NCBI RefSeq assembly: GCF_009914755.1
Contig: NC_060938.1
From: the human T2T-CHM13v2.0 reference genome, Homo sapiens
Direction: 5' to 3' (one strand)
DNA length: 64,000 nucleotides
A model generated the notes under the pieces. It made no database searches. It saw only the letters and a list, made by a program, of their open reading frames with translations, and was not told the DNA's origin. Positions 61,372-64,000 of the stretch are shown here, piece by piece. The translations under genes were made by a program, and so were the position numbers. The first letter of the stretch is position 1; every line of letters starts with the position of its first letter.

Positions 61372-62005
61372 GATTATTATTATACTTTAAGTTCTGGGAT
61401 ACATGTGGAGAACGTGCAGGTTTGTTACATAGGTATACACATGACATGGTAGTTTGCTGCACCCATCAACCTCTCATCTACATTAGGTGCTGGAGATGAT
61501 GTGGAAAAAGAGGAACGCTTTTACACTGTTGGTGGGAGTGTAAATTAGTACAACCATTGGGGAAGACAGTGTGGCTATTCCTCCAGGATCTAGAACCAGA
61601 AATACCAATTGACCTCACAATCCCATTTCTGGGTATATGCCCAAAGATTATAAATCACTGTACTATAAAGACATGCACACACATGTTTATTGCAGCACCG
61701 TTCCCAATACCAAAGACTTGGAACCAACCCAAATGCCCGTCACTGATAGACTGGATAAAAAAAGTGGCACATATACTCCATGGAATACTCTCAGCCATAA
61801 AAAAGGATGAGTTCATGTCCTTTGCAGGGACACGGATGAAGCTGGAAGCCATCATCCTCAGCAAACTAACACAGGAACAGAAAACCAAACACCACATGTT
61901 CTCACTCATAAGTGGGAGTTGAACAATGAAAACACATGGACACATGGAGGGGAACATCACACATTGGGGCCTGTGGGGAGCTAGGGAAGGGATAGCATTA
62001 GGGGA
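61372..62005 (-). mobile_element. 5'-truncated L1PA with twin-priming inversion
   Basis: Antisense 3' end at 61372-61488, then a sense piece 61489-62005 ending (gatagcattagggga) just before the point where the antisense piece begins in L1. Confidence 0.92.
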
Positions 62006-62139
62006 TTTAATTCTTTCAAAATTTAATTCTGTTGAAATGTTTACTTCAAGAAGCAATGCATTTTTGAGAGCTAATCCTGATCTATTCAAATCTTAACAAC
62101 TTCAGTTGATGGAGTGGACTTCTTCTAAATTAGTGATTC

Positions 62140-62318
62140 CCTAATTTGCCTGACTGTTGGAATTTCCAGGGCATGTTGAAAATACACATTATCCAGACTC
62201 TTACCTCTGCAGATCTATTTAGTGGTTCTAAAATGGCAGCCAGGAGTCTGGATTTTTCCCAGGGGTCCTGTGTAATTCACACTGATGAACAGGCAAGTTT
62301 GGGAAATAGTGCCTTAAG
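62140..62318. mobile_element. MER5A-like hAT fragment (similar one at ~50135-50315)
   Basis: tagtgattccctaa...caagtttgggaaatagtgcc; at 50.1 kb aatggttctcaaatt...atcagaattactagagag. Confidence 0.5.
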
Positions 62319-64000
62319 GAGATTTTTCATTAAGCAGTCTTCATTTGAAATGAGGATCGTTTATCTTCTAATACTCCATGCTTCCTCTTTCTCCTGCTCT
62401 CCTCGCCTCCTGTTGTCTTTCAGTTCCTAGAAGCTTTAACTGAATGAAAGGTCCTAGTAGATCTGTACCTACTAAAAACCACACTTCTGAAGCTATGTGG
62501 CCACCAGAAGACACAGCTAGTCTGCAATGTAAAAAAGGAAAGGTGGTGTGTGCACTGAGGGTACAGGGTTGACGGGCAGGGAAATGGAGACCCTCACAGC
62601 CAGCAGCAGTGGCCCTCATCACAGCCCTCCAGGAGATAGGAAAGGAGGTCAGATCTTGGACAGTAGTCTTGCCTTCCTGCTATAGAACACATTGTTAACA
62701 CCAAAAAAGCTGATCTCTTCTAGGGGAATGGTGAAAGCTGACTCTAGCACTTGTGCTTTTAATTTCAGGGTGGCACAGCTTCTAAATGGCATCTAAGTTG
62801 CTGATATAAAAATGAAAATTCTGTGTACTTTGATATTAGCAGGCTTTAAATACAAACCAGAATAAGATTAAATTGTTTCTTAATCAAATCGAATAATTTT
62901 CACATTGGCAGTCCATTCGGCATCTGGCTCATGTTTGGGCTAGGCTGAGTAGTCCGTGAAAGTCTGGAGGGAAATACAGAGGCCAATTCTACATAAGCAT
63001 TAGGTTGAGAAATACCCTGCTTCCCCATGAAAAGTTTAAATTGATGTGACGCCACCTTCACCAAATCGAGGTTGGTCAACACTTTTCACCACTGCCACTG
63101 GACACTTTGACTTCCAATTTTGCTTCCTGCTCTATGAAGATATCCCCTTCTTTCCTTTCCCACATTCTCCCTATAACCTCATCTTCCTTTCGTCTACTCT
63201 CTCTTATCATTGTCCATCTCTGCTTCCCAAAACCTTATATAGTACAGAAATTGACCAATCAAGATTACCATGTGGAAGAGCATCCATTTACTGAATAAGG
63301 TAGCTGGCTCCTGGGGGCAGAAAAGTGATTAGATACAGAGATAAAAATCATAATCCCTGCTCTCCTGGACTCACTGTCCAATGGGGAGACAGACACGTGA
63401 ACAAATACAACTTCGTAACTACAACAATCAAGTGAACTATATAATTTAGACTGGAGAAAGAAAGAGCAAATGTTATCATAAGACAGTGTGTCCACTACTT
63501 ACTCTCTAACAGATTTCCTCATAAACCACTAGGCTTGCCAACTTGTTGCATAAGAAAATTGGAAGGTGAGGGAGGGAAAATACATATGCCTCTTGGCATT
63601 TCATTCTGTAAATACATAAATAATGTAACTATTAATGATATCATCATGTTGATTCAATAAGTTTGAAACCAAAATTGATAGTAATCTTTAGAAGAAATTA
63701 TGTATGTGTCTATGCATGTACACACATAGACATACACATATTGCTTTCTGAAATTTTTAATGACTTTATGCTTCTTCTGAAGCAATTCGAGTTTAGTATT
63801 TGAGACCCATGGGTCAAAGCATCTTCTTGAGTATACTGAAGAACATTTAGATTAATTTCAGACATGTATTTTGGTTAATATAGTGGTTTTTATCCATGCT
63901 AACTTATTTACTGTTTAAAAACATATTGAGAACAAACAACAGCAGCAACCCTGAATTGAGTGAAAGTCCTGAGAAGGGCTTTGCCCAATCAGTGCATATG

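Overview
This is human (primate) genomic DNA, a repeat-dense mosaic of segmental duplications of the pericentromeric OR11H type (best guess 14q11, with 22q11.1 paralogues; placement is from memory, not aligned). From left to right: old L1 debris, then an interstitial degenerate (CCCTAA)n tract with TAR1-type subtelomeric repeats and a CpG island (3.7-5.8 kb). Next come a ~4.8-kb array of ~18-19-bp CAGGTG-containing units that switches strand internally, an intact single-exon OR11H-family olfactory receptor ORF (22505-23485), and an L1PA broken into four alternately oriented pieces. The right half holds two isolated FAR2-derived exons in non-collinear order, a processed ARHGAP42 pseudogene with an extra 97-nt block at its first exon junction, and a full-length USP10 retrocopy with a 16-bp TSD. 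That retrocopy's N-terminal 403 codons (FGDF and PAM2 motifs) are still open, but the catalytic Cys box is deleted. I see no RNA genes, CRISPR arrays or clearly new multi-gene system. The best leads are the USP10 truncated ORF, the ARHGAP42 fossil exon, the inverted E-box array beside a displaced telomere/TERRA-like promoter, and the multiply inverted L1. Repeat subfamily names and parent-gene comparisons come from recall, and most repeat boundaries are approximate.
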